Source: Acidobacteriota bacterium (GTDB taxonomy: Bacteria; Acidobacteriota; UBA6911; RPQK01; G965248645). From it: a stretch of 64,000 nucleotides of DNA. Below the pieces are notes generated by a model. That model was not told the DNA's origin and did not search any database. It was given only the letters and a program-made list of their open reading frames with translations. The stretch covers positions 2,969,325-3,033,324 of the forward strand of contig OZ252113.1 in assembly GCA_965248645.1 (NCBI GenBank), given 5' to 3'. The position numbers and the translations under genes were made by a program. Shown here one piece after another: positions 1 through 12,334 of this stretch (position 1 is its first letter; each line of letters begins with the position of its first letter).

Positions 1-882
1 GCCTCCCACCAGAGTGAGCCCCAAGGACTGGTATTCGACCGGGACGGAAATCTGAAGCGGTCGTGGCAAACAGACTTGGCCGAACTGCACGGCATCACCC
101 TGGTTAAGGAAGGAAACACGGAGTATCTTTGGATCGCCGACAATGGTTCCAAACGACAGCAGGCCTTCGGGTACGACTACCTCCCAGGTGCCGATGTAGC
201 GTCAGGACAGGTGGTCAAGATGACCCTAGAAGGTCAGATCGTCGCCAAACTCGAACGACCGAGTCTAGCCGTTTACCAGAACACTCGATTTTCGCCCACG
301 GCGGTTGCGGTCAACGAAGTATGTAACGGCGGCAACGGTGACGTTTGGGTCACGGATGGCTACGGAACCTACTCCGTTCACCGCTTCAACAAAAATGGGG
401 AATACATCAGCAGCATTACCGGTGAGGAGGGGCAGGCAGGTGCTTTCAATTGTCCTCATACCATCTTTGTGGACCAGCGAAAATCGGAGCCAGAGCTATA
501 CGTGGCCGATCGTGGCAATGGTCGCATCCAGGTCTATGACTTGGAAGGTCGCTTTAAACGCGTTTTCGGTTCTGAGTTCCTGACCACACCGAGCGCTTTC
601 GTTACCCATGGTGATGGTATGGTTGTGGCCGAACTGCGTGCTCGACTGACCGTACTCGATATTGAGGACCAGCTGGTAACCTACTTGGGCACCAATGAGG
701 CAGTTTGTGAACTGGACGGCTGGCCTAACTGGAAGAACAACAAGGGAGAGATCGTCCGAACCAATCTCCTCGAGACCGGCAAGTTTAACAGCCCTCACGG
801 CATCGGGGTAGACAGCGACGGTAACCTGTACCTCTCCGAATGGCTCATCGGCGGAAGATTTACCAAGCTGGTCAAGTGTTGA
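1..882 (+). CDS. NHL-repeat beta-propeller protein (PAL-like), 5'-partial
   Basis: Frame is open from base 1; repeated NHL motifs (PTAVAV, YVADRGNGRIQVYD, FNSPHGIGVDSDGNLY). Confidence 0.8.
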   Translation, partial: ASHQSEPQGLVFDRDGNLKRSWQTDLAELHGITLVKEGNTEYLWIADNGSKRQQAFGYDYLPGADVASGQVVKMTLEGQIVAKLERPSLAVYQNTRFSPTAVAVNEVCNGGNGDVWVTDGYGTYSVHRFNKNGEYISSITGEEGQAGAFNCPHTIFVDQRKSEPELYVADRGNGRIQVYDLEGRFKRVFGSEFLTTPSAFVTHGDGMVVAELRARLTVLDIEDQLVTYLGTNEAVCELDGWPNWKNNKGEIVRTNLLETGKFNSPHGIGVDSDGNLYLSEWLIGGRFTKLVKC

Positions 883-1649
883 GCTTCGTTTACAACCCCG
901 TACCATACTGTCCTTCCAGCGCTTCGCTACAACCCGATGTAAGAAATATAGACTCACCTAAGAAACGTTTAGAAAAATTCCTGAAAGAACTGAAAAATTG
1001 GGACTTAAGTACTCTTCCCAAAAAAATGTGACATACGCTGCCACTGTTCGGACATCAGCATGCCCTCTTCGAGGCACTGGATTCGTCCTCTGGGAAAGGG
1101 GCTTCTTTAGGCTGCTCTGCACCTCTACTACAGCTAGACCCAAGTACAAGACAAGCAATACTTCTCAAAACAGGGTCCGATACTTATGGTCACACGCCAC
1201 CTGATATTGCTCGCATCACGCATTCCCGCCCTTATCCTTGGTCCACCTCCTGTTCGTAACTGATTCTTAAAACAGTTTATGGACTTCAGTTGGTCTGAGA
1301 ATGGCGGCATTTCTCCGACACGGTCACCCTAGTCTCTGCTCTTCTCCTGGTCCCCAGCAGGCTGTTCACTCGGGTGCATGGCGCTTTTGTGCGGACCGTT
1401 TGGACATGCCGGAGGGAACCATGATGACCAGATGGACGGGTAAAACCATTCTTTCTATGACCGGAACACTTCGCCTATGAAACCCATTGGAGTACGCCTA
1501 CTTTTGTGCCATAATACCGCTTCAGAAACACCGCTGTCCAGGATAAACGAAAGGAGCTCGCTCAACACTTGACAAATCTCGGACTTACTGTTCAAGAGCA
1601 GATATCCGATCGGGTTTGTGTCAGGTAATCAGAGAGGAGATGGGGCTAG

Positions 1650-1931
1650 ATGAGAGCCGTTTGGAAAAATGTCACTCTTGCCGAAAGTGACCAGACCCGA
1701 ATCGTGGAAGGTAATCATTATTTTCCACCTGATTCTATCATCACGAACTATTTTCAGGTGAGTGACACCCACACTGTCTGTCCTTGGAAGGGACAGGCCA
1801 GTTATTACCACATCACGGTGCATGGAGAACGGAACGAGGATGCAGCCTGGTACTACCCAGAGCCCAAGGAGGCTGCAGACAAGATTAGGCATCAGGTTGC
1901 TTTTTGGAAGGGTGTCGAAGTAGTTCCATAA
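1650..1931 (+). CDS. DUF427 family protein
   Basis: VEGNHYFPP, HTVCPWKGQASYY and AAWYYPEPK motifs. Confidence 0.9.
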   Translation: MRAVWKNVTLAESDQTRIVEGNHYFPPDSIITNYFQVSDTHTVCPWKGQASYYHITVHGERNEDAAWYYPEPKEAADKIRHQVAFWKGVEVVP

Positions 1932-2024
1932 AGCAAAAGGTCACCCACTGAGGAAATTCCCGCTCTAGAGTACCCCTTTTACTCCTCAAAAAGAGTCCGG
2001 CAGGCTCAAGGAGGCACACTACCC

Positions 2025-2423
2025 ATGAATCCGGGAAAAATCAGTCTGGCAGCCGTCATCTGGAGCGCCTTTCTGCCTCCGGTGTCTGTCAATACAGGGC
2101 AGCCGGCCGGTGACCACCAGCCAGAGTTCAAAACGGTTTTTCTTTCAGGTGAAAAAGATTATGCCCTCATCCGAACACCTCAAATCCTAACCACGCACCA
2201 AGGAACCCTTCTGGTTTTCGCTCAGGGCCGTGAGGGCCAACACGACCAGTCAGGCAATGACATCATTATGAAGCGCAGCACCGACCAGGGTCAGAACTGG
2301 ACACCGCTGCAGGTCATTGCGGAGAACGGGGACAACAGTCTGAACTCGGTCTGCGTGCTGCAGACACGTGCCGCAACCGATCCCCCTCCTCGACCGGAAG
2401 ATGCAATGGCAAGCCCCAGATAA
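2025..2423 (+). pseudogene. Truncated sialidase/BNR-repeat protein (N-terminal fragment)
   Basis: Signal peptide, IRTP (RIP-like) and Asp-box RSTDQGQNW; ends after ~115 aa of similarity. Confidence 0.65.
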
Positions 2424-2458
2424 GCAAGGCTAGTGCCCAAAAACAGAGGACACCCTTC

Positions 2459-3754
2459 ATGACTAATTCGATGGTAACCGTGGATCCGCAGCAATTGGAA
2501 ATCGAGGAGATTTTCCGTCATCTCCCCCCTACTCGCATCGCTGAAACCGACCGGGAGTATGTGGGAGAACTGTTCAAAACAGGCTTCGGCAACTGGGAAT
2601 CAGCGGACATGCTTGGACGCTTTGAGTACGCCTTCGCCGAGAAGTTCGGTGTGAAGTACGCTATCTCGATGAACTCGGGCTCGGGGACCCTTCTCTCTTG
2701 CCTCTTGGGCGCAGGAGTGGGCCCGGGAGACGAAGTGATCGTCCCCGTCTACGGGATGCCGGCTGCCGCATTTGCCGCCATTCAGGCTGGTGCCGTGCCG
2801 GTTCTCGCCGACTGCGATCCGGACACGTTCAACATTGATCCAGCCGACATCGAGCGCAGAATCACGTCCCACACCCGGGCAATCGTAGTTATCTGCTACT
2901 TTGGTCTGCCGGTGGACTTCGACCCCATCCTGGCGCTGTCCCGGAAACATGACCTGACGCTCATCGAAGACAATGCTCAGTGCTTTCTATCGTTTTATCA
3001 GGGGAAGCTGGTAGGAACCATTGGCGACGCAGCGAGCTTCAGCTTTCAAGGTTCCAAACATATGACCAGCGGGGGCGATGGCGGCATGGTCATCACAGAC
3101 AATGAGGCCTATGGTACCCGGATTCGCAAGGCAGCCGTGCACGGATGCCGCACGCTCACGGCCAAGCCAGGATCCACCATGATCCCCCGAGAAGAGCGTC
3201 AGGACTGGAGCTACGAGCGCTATGACAGTTTCGGTTACAACTTCCGCATGTCGGCCCCCCAAGCCGCTTTCGGACTGGCCCAGTTGAAGCGGCTCGACTA
3301 CCTGGTCGCGGCTCGCCGCTATATCGCGGCACGTTACGAAACGGTCATTCGGGAAGAAAAATGTGAGTGGCTCATCCCCCCGGTCGTGCCGGAGGACATG
3401 ACTCATTCCTATTACATTTACGCCTGCAAACTGGATGAAAAGATGCTGGGTGTCGACTGGCGCACCTGGCGGAAAACCTTTCTCTCCAAAGGAGCTGACG
3501 GCCTGTACGGTAGCTGCCTACCGACCCATCTCGAGCCCATCTTTCGGACCATGACTTGGCACGGCTCGATCGAGCGTTCACCTCACTTCGATCCACGCTA
3601 CCGAGGGAAGGTCAAGGGTTACCAACCAGGCGACTACCCCAACGTGGAGTCGATCTACCAGAGCCTGTGCTGCTTCAAGACCAGCATGCAAACGATCGAG
3701 AGAGTCGATCGCGAGATGGAGGCTCTCCGAGCGACCATACGGCACTACGCCTAA
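2459..3754 (+). CDS. DegT/DnrJ/EryC1/StrS PLP-dependent aminotransferase
   Basis: GVGPGDEVIVP, LIEDNAQ, SFSFQGSKHMTSGGDGGMV and GYNFRMS motifs. Confidence 0.92.
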   Translation: MTNSMVTVDPQQLEIEEIFRHLPPTRIAETDREYVGELFKTGFGNWESADMLGRFEYAFAEKFGVKYAISMNSGSGTLLSCLLGAGVGPGDEVIVPVYGMPAAAFAAIQAGAVPVLADCDPDTFNIDPADIERRITSHTRAIVVICYFGLPVDFDPILALSRKHDLTLIEDNAQCFLSFYQGKLVGTIGDAASFSFQGSKHMTSGGDGGMVITDNEAYGTRIRKAAVHGCRTLTAKPGSTMIPREERQDWSYERYDSFGYNFRMSAPQAAFGLAQLKRLDYLVAARRYIAARYETVIREEKCEWLIPPVVPEDMTHSYYIYACKLDEKMLGVDWRTWRKTFLSKGADGLYGSCLPTHLEPIFRTMTWHGSIERSPHFDPRYRGKVKGYQPGDYPNVESIYQSLCCFKTSMQTIERVDREMEALRATIRHYA

Positions 3755-4074
3755 GATTTTCAGAGTCGCAACAAGCCCGTGCTGCAGAATGCAGTCCGCA
3801 GCATACTCGTGCCATGAAGGTACTGGTCCACTACCCTTTCGGCGAAGAACAGATCCAAGCATTCCGGCACCTTTCCCGCTATCACAGTGGTCATAAGCGC
3901 CACCACGTCGCTATTTTTGGAAGGACCTAGAGCCGACGGCTATAGTCGATCGTGGGACAATGGAGAACACTGGGAAAGTCTGCTTTCTGGATGTTGAGCC
4001 CGCATAGGTCGTGCCGCCCTCGCCCGAGTCACCTCAACCATAGTCTCAGTAAGCCATCGGTTGGGTCAGAGTGC

Positions 4075-4866
4075 CTACCCGACAACTAAGGATTCCGCCC
4101 CGTCAATCCACATCTCGGTGCCAGTGATGTGCCGTGCATCATCCGATGCCAAAAACGCGACCAGTCTTCCGATCTCTGCTGGATCACCGGGCTCGCCACT
4201 AGTCAGAGGAATTGTGCCCTGCGGGAAGACCGAGTGGCTGGGCTGGGCGGTAATACCGTCGAGATTCCGTTTGAATGTGTTGTCCTGGATTTCTGATCGG
4301 AACCATCCAGGACAGACCACATTGACCCGAACACCAAAGATCGCCAGTTCCACCGCGATCTTCTTGGCGAAGCCCACTTGGGCCGCTTTGGAGGCGGAAT
4401 AGACAGAAGAGCCGGGAATGCTGAAAATGCGCGTACCCTGCACCGAGGAGCAAATCACGATCGATCCGCGAGTCTTTTTCAAGTGAGATACCGCGTACTT
4501 GACGGTCAGGAACGTCCCCTTCAAGTTGATATCGATTACAGTGTCCCATTCTTCGGGTGTAATCTCTTCCACCGGTGCCCATACTCCGTTAATGCCGGCG
4601 TTAGCGAATACCACATCCAACCGATGGTACGTTCCGACAAGCCGCTCGACGGCATGGGCCATTTGATCCGGCTGCGAAACATCGGCCGTAAGGGCCAGAG
4701 CGTGCCCACCTTCATCCTGTATCTGTGAGACAACCGGGTGCAATTGAGAGGAGGTTCTGCCGAGAACGCCAATCCGTGCTCCCTCTCCGGCCAATATGAG
4801 CGCCGATGCCTTACCAATGCCCGAGCCAGCCCCGGTCACTAGGGCAACTTTTCCATTCAGCTTCAT
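4075..4866 (-). CDS. Short-chain dehydrogenase/reductase
   Basis: TGAGSGIG, NAG and YSASK motifs. Confidence 0.93.
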   Translation of the reverse strand: MKLNGKVALVTGAGSGIGKASALILAGEGARIGVLGRTSSQLHPVVSQIQDEGGHALALTADVSQPDQMAHAVERLVGTYHRLDVVFANAGINGVWAPVEEITPEEWDTVIDINLKGTFLTVKYAVSHLKKTRGSIVICSSVQGTRIFSIPGSSVYSASKAAQVGFAKKIAVELAIFGVRVNVVCPGWFRSEIQDNTFKRNLDGITAQPSHSVFPQGTIPLTSGEPGDPAEIGRLVAFLASDDARHITGTEMWIDGAESLVVG

Positions 4867-5149
4867 TCCGTCACTCCTTCACTGGACTTCATTGCTCCAT
4901 CTGGATTAAAGGTCGTCGTCGGTCTGCCTGATCTCACGCCACCCTATCACCTGGTCCTCTCGCCCATGCTTCGGGCTAATATGGGAAAGAGCCAATCTTG
5001 CTGTGTGGCTCAATTTCAGATCAGTCAACCCCCACCAGTACCGGACCATTCAAGCGAGAAACTTCTCTCTAGTGGTAGCCGACCAATGTATCGGCCAGCC
5101 CCCAGTGCCAATCCCCCAATGCGAGATATATGTTCTGGTCAGTTTCAGA

Positions 5150-6817
5150 TCAACCCAGCCGCCCGGCTGAGCTGGACTGCTTATTGTGCTCCAATCCGAA
5201 TTTCCCCTCGCCGTAGAGACGACGGAGCTGCTTCTTATCGAATTTCCCAACACTAGTCTTGGGGATCTCCTCGACCACCACGATCCTGTCGGGAAGCCAA
5301 AACTTGGCAAACCTGGGCGCCAGATAGACATTCAATTCCTGATCTGTCACGGAACCTCTATCGGGGACTAGCACCACTATAGCCAGTGGACGCTCACCCC
5401 ATTTCTTGTCTGGAACGGCGATGACTGCTGCTTCCATAATTTTGGGGTAATCCATCAGGGCGTTTTCAAGGGCGACACTGGAGATCCACTCACCCCCGCT
5501 CCTGATTAAATCCTTGGTGCGGTCGGTGATGTGCATGTAGCTGTCCTCACTGACGGTCGCTACATCTCCCGTTCGGAACCATCCATCAAGCGTAACGTGT
5601 TCCAGGCTGGGATCCGTCCGATAATAGCCCTTGGCAACCCATGGACCACGCACCTGCACTTCTCCCATCTTGACGCCATCCCAGGGCAGGTCTTCACCGG
5701 CTTCGTTCACAATACGCATTTCGACCCCCGGAACCGGATAACCCTGCCTTGCTTTGACATCCCACTGCTCACCTTCCGGGATCGCAAGATGGTGACTCTG
5801 CAACCGTGAAATAGTCCCCACCGGTGAGGTTTCGGTCATGCCCCAAGCATGTAGCACGTTGACTCCCAACTCTTTCTCGTAGGCTTCAATCAGGGCATAA
5901 GGCATAGCCGCACCACCCACCAGCAAGGTTCGGACATGTGCAATATCCCGTAGATTCGTTTTGAGTTCATGGTATAAACCGGTCCAGATGGTCGGCACAC
6001 CGACAGGTAGAGTCACCTTCTCTTCAGCGATCATGGCGGCCAAGGCATCCGGCTTGAGATGCGGGCCCGGCATGACCATTTCTGCTCCGGCAAAAGCACA
6101 AGCATAAGGCAAACCCCAGGCCATAGCGTGAAACTGGGGAACTACCAGAAGAACCCTATCCTGCTCTACCAGCCCCACGGCGCTCGCCTGATTGACTCCC
6201 ATCGTGTGCAGATACATCGAGCGATGGCTGTAAAGAACGCCCTTGGGCTCTCCGGTAGTCCCACTGGTGTAACACAGCCCCATCGCGGCCTTTTCGTCTC
6301 TATCTCCCCACTCGTAGTCCTCGCCGCATTCAGCCATCAGATCTTCGTAGTCGAGCAGATTGGGCAGCCGCGTCTCGGATCCATCGGCCACATTGTAACG
6401 AATGTAGTGTTTGACACTATCCAGCTTATCGGCAACCTGCTCAATGAGCGGAATCAAGGTGGCATCTACAAAAACAACCTTGTCTTCGGCATGATTAACA
6501 ATGTAGGTGAGTTGCTCGGGCGAGAGACGGATATTGAGCGTGTGGATAACGGCCCCAGTGCAGGGAATAGCGTAGTACAACTCGAGGTGCTGGTAGTTAT
6601 TCCAGGCGAAAGTACCCACTCGGTCCCCTGGATCGACCCCGAGGACACTCAGCACATTTGCTAATCTCTTGACACGACGGTAAAGGTCGGCATAGGTGTA
6701 TCGATGCATTGAGCCATCGGGCAGTTTGCTTGAGATCCGCTTCCGGGGATAGACGCGGTTGGCATGTTCCAAAATTCTATCCATTGTCAGAGGGTAGTCC
6801 ATCATTAAGCCTTGCAT
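5150..6817 (-). CDS. Fatty-acyl-CoA ligase (AMP-binding, AlkK/DmdB-like)
   Basis: [33 protein letters not shown] and [10 protein letters not shown] motifs. Confidence 0.92.
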   Translation of the reverse strand: MQGLMMDYPLTMDRILEHANRVYPRKRISSKLPDGSMHRYTYADLYRRVKRLANVLSVLGVDPGDRVGTFAWNNYQHLELYYAIPCTGAVIHTLNIRLSPEQLTYIVNHAEDKVVFVDATLIPLIEQVADKLDSVKHYIRYNVADGSETRLPNLLDYEDLMAECGEDYEWGDRDEKAAMGLCYTSGTTGEPKGVLYSHRSMYLHTMGVNQASAVGLVEQDRVLLVVPQFHAMAWGLPYACAFAGAEMVMPGPHLKPDALAAMIAEEKVTLPVGVPTIWTGLYHELKTNLRDIAHVRTLLVGGAAMPYALIEAYEKELGVNVLHAWGMTETSPVGTISRLQSHHLAIPEGEQWDVKARQGYPVPGVEMRIVNEAGEDLPWDGVKMGEVQVRGPWVAKGYYRTDPSLEHVTLDGWFRTGDVATVSEDSYMHITDRTKDLIRSGGEWISSVALENALMDYPKIMEAAVIAVPDKKWGERPLAIVVLVPDRGSVTDQELNVYLAPRFAKFWLPDRIVVVEEIPKTSVGKFDKKQLRRLYGEGKFGLEHNKQSSSAGRLG

Positions 6818-6839
6818 CCATTAACCTCCTTAACCGACT

Positions 6840-7799
6840 TCATCCGTCTTTGAGAGCATCAGGTTTCTCCGACCTCAGATAGATCGCTTCCACCGGCACT
6901 GTCGAGATCAGATAAATTCCTCCGCCCACCAGAACCACCCCAAAAGCTAAATTCCCCGACGGAAATTCGCCGAGTGTGAGCCAGCTAAAAACCACGCCGA
7001 AGACGGGCGTGCTGAACTGAAACACAGTTACCCTGCTGACGGCATGCCTCTGTAGCAACTGAACCAAGACCACAAAACAGAAGCCGGAAACCACGATTCC
7101 TTGATAGAGAAGACCCGCGAGAACGGGAACAGTCAGACGATAACTCTGGGTCTGTTCCCAAAAAAAGCTCAGCAGGAAAAAGATGGGAACACCATAAATC
7201 ATCTGCCAGAGTGGCACCTGGAAGGGAGTCAACCTTTCGACCAAAAACTTTGAATACACCAGGATCACCCCCAAAAGAAAACCACTTGCCAGGACCAGCC
7301 AATCCCCGATGATCACACGGGAGGGACTACCCATGAAGATCAGACCGACACCCAAGAAGGCAACCAGTAAGCCTGCCATCTTTTTTCGATTGAGTCGGTC
7401 ATTGGGAATCAGAAAATGAGCCAACAGAGCTGAAAAGAGTGGATAGGTGTTGAGAAGGACCACAGAGTGATTACTCGAAATCAAGTGAGTACCCAGATTG
7501 AAAACACTGATTTGCAGGGCGAAAATCAGGCCGTAAACGAGCAGAGTCCTTTGATGGCCTGCGGGCGGCCACCACTCAATCCGATGAAGCAAGCACCAGC
7601 CCAAAATACACATCAATCCGAGCAGAAATCGCCAACCGGCGGCAGCCAGAGGAGGTATTCCCTCCAGGGAGATTTTGAGCGCCGGTCCTAGGCCTCCCCA
7701 GAGAACACATAGAAAGAGGGCCAGTAGGACGGGTCGGAAACCCATCCGCTCATCGTGGAAAGCAGGTTTGGCCACACCGGATGGACCGTGTTGGGCCAT
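6840..7799 (-). CDS. DMT/EamA family transporter
   Basis: About 10 hydrophobic segments in a duplicated EamA pattern. Confidence 0.85.
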   Translation of the reverse strand: MAQHGPSGVAKPAFHDERMGFRPVLLALFLCVLWGGLGPALKISLEGIPPLAAAGWRFLLGLMCILGWCLLHRIEWWPPAGHQRTLLVYGLIFALQISVFNLGTHLISSNHSVVLLNTYPLFSALLAHFLIPNDRLNRKKMAGLLVAFLGVGLIFMGSPSRVIIGDWLVLASGFLLGVILVYSKFLVERLTPFQVPLWQMIYGVPIFFLLSFFWEQTQSYRLTVPVLAGLLYQGIVVSGFCFVVLVQLLQRHAVSRVTVFQFSTPVFGVVFSWLTLGEFPSGNLAFGVVLVGGGIYLISTVPVEAIYLRSEKPDALKDG

Positions 7800-7840
7800 A
7801 GGTCTACCACTTTGCTACGGCCCGGCGTGAGGAACGCGGG

Positions 7841-8860
7841 CTAGAAGACAAATCCCTCACTGAGCGGATCACCTGAGTCCAGCATGAATTGGTGCATACC
7901 TGTAATAAAAGCTGTCCCTCTGATTTCGGGAACGGCCCCTTCATAAGAACCCACCATCGCAGGTCGCAACACCCGGCCGACGAAACGGGTTCCTAAGAAA
8001 CTCTCATTGATGTATTCGTCATGCGCTTTCAGCTTACCCAGAGTGCACAGATCGGTGATTTTAGCGCCGGTTCCAGCTCCGCACGGTGAGCGATCCACAA
8101 CTCCATCCTGATTGATGACAATATCTCGAGCCCGCCGATTTTCTAGCTCTTCATAGATCATCACCAATTCGGCGAAATCAATGGTCAGATGTTCTGGGTG
8201 GCAGAGTTCAAAACTGCGGTTCGCCTCTTCCAATACTCGAACTCCCAGTGCCGTGAGACCCTTGACATTTTCTGGGACAATGCATCTTTGATTAGCAGGG
8301 ATATTTTCCTGCTTCACATCCAATAAAATGAAGAAGACTCCACTGAAGACGATGCTGACCGTTAGGGGTCCACCAGGGCCAATCCTGAGTTCGGTACTAG
8401 AGGTATGGACAAAGGCTGGCTGGGTCTGAATGGCGACAGACTGCACTTTTTCTCCATCGAACTCAGGGAAAAGGGAAATCAGACCGGCAGGTGTTTCCAT
8501 TTTGATACTCCTGCCGGCCAGCTCAGGTGTCCTGCCAATGAATCCCGCTTCCAGCCCGGCAGTAGCTACACCGATCGAACTATGCACACAGGCGGGAAGA
8601 TATCCTGAACTGGTCAAGAAAAACGCTCCAACGTCCGCTTCCAGATGAGTTGGCTCAGTGATGACCGCACCGGCCATGTCTTTGTGACCTCGTGGTTCAC
8701 ACATCAGGAGTTTTCGGATCGAGTCAAAATGCGACTGAAAGTAAGCCATCTTCTCCGCAACGCTCACTCCATGTAACGGCGGGATTCCCCCAACAACTAT
8801 CCTGGTCGGCCCTCCAGCTGTATGAGTATCGATTGTTGTCAGGATCTTCTTGACTATCAT
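7841..8860 (-). CDS. Proline racemase family protein
   Basis: IDTHTAGGPTR, EPRGH, ACVH and DRSPCGAGT motifs. Confidence 0.9.
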   Translation of the reverse strand: MIVKKILTTIDTHTAGGPTRIVVGGIPPLHGVSVAEKMAYFQSHFDSIRKLLMCEPRGHKDMAGAVITEPTHLEADVGAFFLTSSGYLPACVHSSIGVATAGLEAGFIGRTPELAGRSIKMETPAGLISLFPEFDGEKVQSVAIQTQPAFVHTSSTELRIGPGGPLTVSIVFSGVFFILLDVKQENIPANQRCIVPENVKGLTALGVRVLEEANRSFELCHPEHLTIDFAELVMIYEELENRRARDIVINQDGVVDRSPCGAGTGAKITDLCTLGKLKAHDEYINESFLGTRFVGRVLRPAMVGSYEGAVPEIRGTAFITGMHQFMLDSGDPLSEGFVF

Positions 8861-8872
8861 CTCTCTTTTCTA

Positions 8873-9709
8873 TCATATCCTGCAGGTCAGCCCACCATCG
8901 ACCACAATAGCTTCTCCGGTAATATACTTGGCTTCATCGGAAGCAAGAAATAAGGCCAAATAACCAACATCCCAGGCCTGACCCTGCTTCCCCGTGGGAC
9001 ACAACGCATCCCGCCTTTTTATCATGTTCCCGACATCTCCACCGTAGGCTTCCGTCAGTGACGCAGTGACAAAAGGTGTATTCATCATACCCGGAAGAAT
9101 TACATTCGCTCGAATTCCCCTGGGAGCATATTGCACCGCGATTTCCCGGGTGAGGGCGATTACCCCCGCCTTTGACACTCCGTAGGCCAATGACAAAGCG
9201 GGCAAGGTCCGAATTGCATTGATCGAAGAAATGTTTACGATAGATCCACTCCGCTGTTCTTCCATGGGTTTGATGGCATATTTACACATTAAAAACATGC
9301 TCTTGAGGTTCACATTGATGGTCTTCTCCCAATCTTCCTCACTAGTTTCGTCTAGCCCACCGGCTATTTCTATTCCCACATTGTTGTGTAATATATCAAT
9401 GCTTCCATAAGTCCTCACACATTCTTCAATGATCCTTTGACACCCCTTTGAATTACTAACATCAGCTGCTAGGGTGAAGCAGTTTCCTCCTTCTCGATCA
9501 ATTATGGATTTAGTTTCCTCAGCTGCATCACGATTATGATCTACCAGCACCACACAAGCACCCTCCTTGGCATAAAGAATGGCCGCGGCCTTCCCATTCC
9601 CAATCCCTCGAGCTACTGAACCGGCGCCTGTAACAATCGCGACTTTTCCTTTCACCCGACCTTCCATCGCTTCACTCCTTGTCTCATCCCCTATAAAGAT
9701 GCAGGGCAC
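8873..9709 (-). CDS. Short-chain dehydrogenase/reductase (likely start near 9667)
   Basis: VTGAGS..GIGNG, NNVG and YGVSK motifs. Confidence 0.9.
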   Translation of the reverse strand: MPCIFIGDETRSEAMEGRVKGKVAIVTGAGSVARGIGNGKAAAILYAKEGACVVLVDHNRDAAEETKSIIDREGGNCFTLAADVSNSKGCQRIIEECVRTYGSIDILHNNVGIEIAGGLDETSEEDWEKTINVNLKSMFLMCKYAIKPMEEQRSGSIVNISSINAIRTLPALSLAYGVSKAGVIALTREIAVQYAPRGIRANVILPGMMNTPFVTASLTEAYGGDVGNMIKRRDALCPTGKQGQAWDVGYLALFLASDEAKYITGEAIVVDGGLTCRI

Positions 9710-9834
9710 ACTCTTAGCCCATAAATATAGATTCCCCTACTCAATCCGGAATACGCTCTCAAATGAGCCTAGCTTCAATCAATCTGGTAACGGGCTCCTC
9801 GAAAGCATAGGCAGGGAAAATCGACGCTGGTGAT

Positions 9835-10416
9835 TTACGGCTCTTTTCGAGAAGCTGACTCGGTAACAGAATATCTTTCATTGTAGAGATTAACAATGTC
9901 CTGTGTAATCTCTAGAGCCGGGCTGACAAAGACCTGTGATGCGTCCCGCTGCAAAATCAGATCGTAGCCATTGCTCTGGGCGTAGTCAGCGAGGACGGTC
10001 TTAACCTTACTACCAATCCGTGCAAGCATCTCCTGCTCATTCTTCTGTGTTTCCATTTGTGCGTCTTCTTGGAATCTCTTCAAACTCAATTGCCTCTCCT
10101 CAATAACACGCTGCATCTCGCTACGACTCTCAGCATTAAGGGTTCTCGCCTGTTGGGTAAACTGGTCATTCAGTTCCTGCAGCTCAGCAGTCTTGGTTTC
10201 GTACTCTTTTTGTCTCTCCTGCACCAGCTGATTGAGCTTTGCCAGTTCACGCTTCCCTTCCTCGGTTTGCTCCAGCAATATACGCGTATCCACAATTCCG
10301 AGTTTAGTGCCCATCGCGCTTCCCGTCGCCTGATTGGATTGACCAAAGACGAGAACAACCAGGGTAATGGCAATCAGCACTCCAAGAAGGCTGACAAATT
10401 TCGCTACTCTTCGCAT
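9835..10416 (-). CDS. OmpH/Skp periplasmic chaperone
   Basis: Signal peptide, KLGIVD, coiled coil, GYDLIL..EITQDIV. Confidence 0.85.
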   Translation of the reverse strand: MRRVAKFVSLLGVLIAITLVVLVFGQSNQATGSAMGTKLGIVDTRILLEQTEEGKRELAKLNQLVQERQKEYETKTAELQELNDQFTQQARTLNAESRSEMQRVIEERQLSLKRFQEDAQMETQKNEQEMLARIGSKVKTVLADYAQSNGYDLILQRDASQVFVSPALEITQDIVNLYNERYSVTESASRKEP

Positions 10417-10891
10417 AATGTCCTCCTGTTCCTACCTTGAGTTTGCTTGACTTTGACTCTCACTCTGTTTCACCGATAAGTTCCTATTGCGCTGCAGGGC
10501 CCGGAAAGATAGATCACATCAAAACAATGGAAACCTATTTTCTGGCCTCTGATTATTCCTAGTGCGCTCTTCACCACAAGATTTTACCACTTGTCGCTAG
10601 GGCTTCGGGAGAACTCTAAAACCAATTTTTGAGAATACCGGATGGTTAGGGTGAGGACGAACCCTCCGCTTATAGGGAGCACCTTTCCCTCCGCCGTAAA
10701 TCTGCAGTCTCAGTTCCTCCTTCGTGTTCGATTTTGCTGACTGGCGCCAGAGGCTGATCGTGTAGACCTGAACAGCCTCTGTGCTGAGAAAACTAAAAAA
10801 AGGGTTCCGCAACGGGAACTGTTTGGAATCCAGTCTTTATTCTACCGGTCAGTTAACCTAAGATAACCAGAAAGAAGGATCTTCCGCTGTA

Positions 10892-12183
<1,292 letters not shown>

Positions 12184-12206
12184 GGGAATTATATACGATC
12201 CTAACC

Positions 12207-12248
12207 AAAAACGTCGCCCCTAGCCCTTGATTGTTTCAGGGAGGGGCG
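12207..12248 (-). terminator. Putative intrinsic terminator of the antisense ncRNA
   Basis: Hairpin CGCCCCT/AGGGGCG (12215-12248) followed on the minus strand by ACGTTTTT. Confidence 0.5.
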
Positions 12249-12263
12249 AATAGACTGTGCGAG

Positions 12264-12330
12264 TGGAGACGGAGGGATTCGAACCCTCGGCTGGCAGATT
12301 TGGAGTCCTCAGCCGCGCCAAGCCGCCCCC
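12264..12330 (-). ncRNA. D-arm-less tRNA-like RNA (Ala-type acceptor stem, CUCCAAA loop)
   Basis: GGGGGCG/CGTCTCC acceptor stem plus A73; perfect T-arm GAGGG-TTCGAAT-CCCTC; central stem with 7-nt CTCCAAA loop; no D stem. Confidence 0.7.
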
Positions 12331-12334
12331 GCAG

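Noticed and set aside
12264-12330. Canonical tRNA-Trp, tmRNA or a simple att-site fragment
   Set aside because: There is no D stem, and no tag ORF or pseudoknot region between the arms. Unlike an att fragment, it has both acceptor strands paired.
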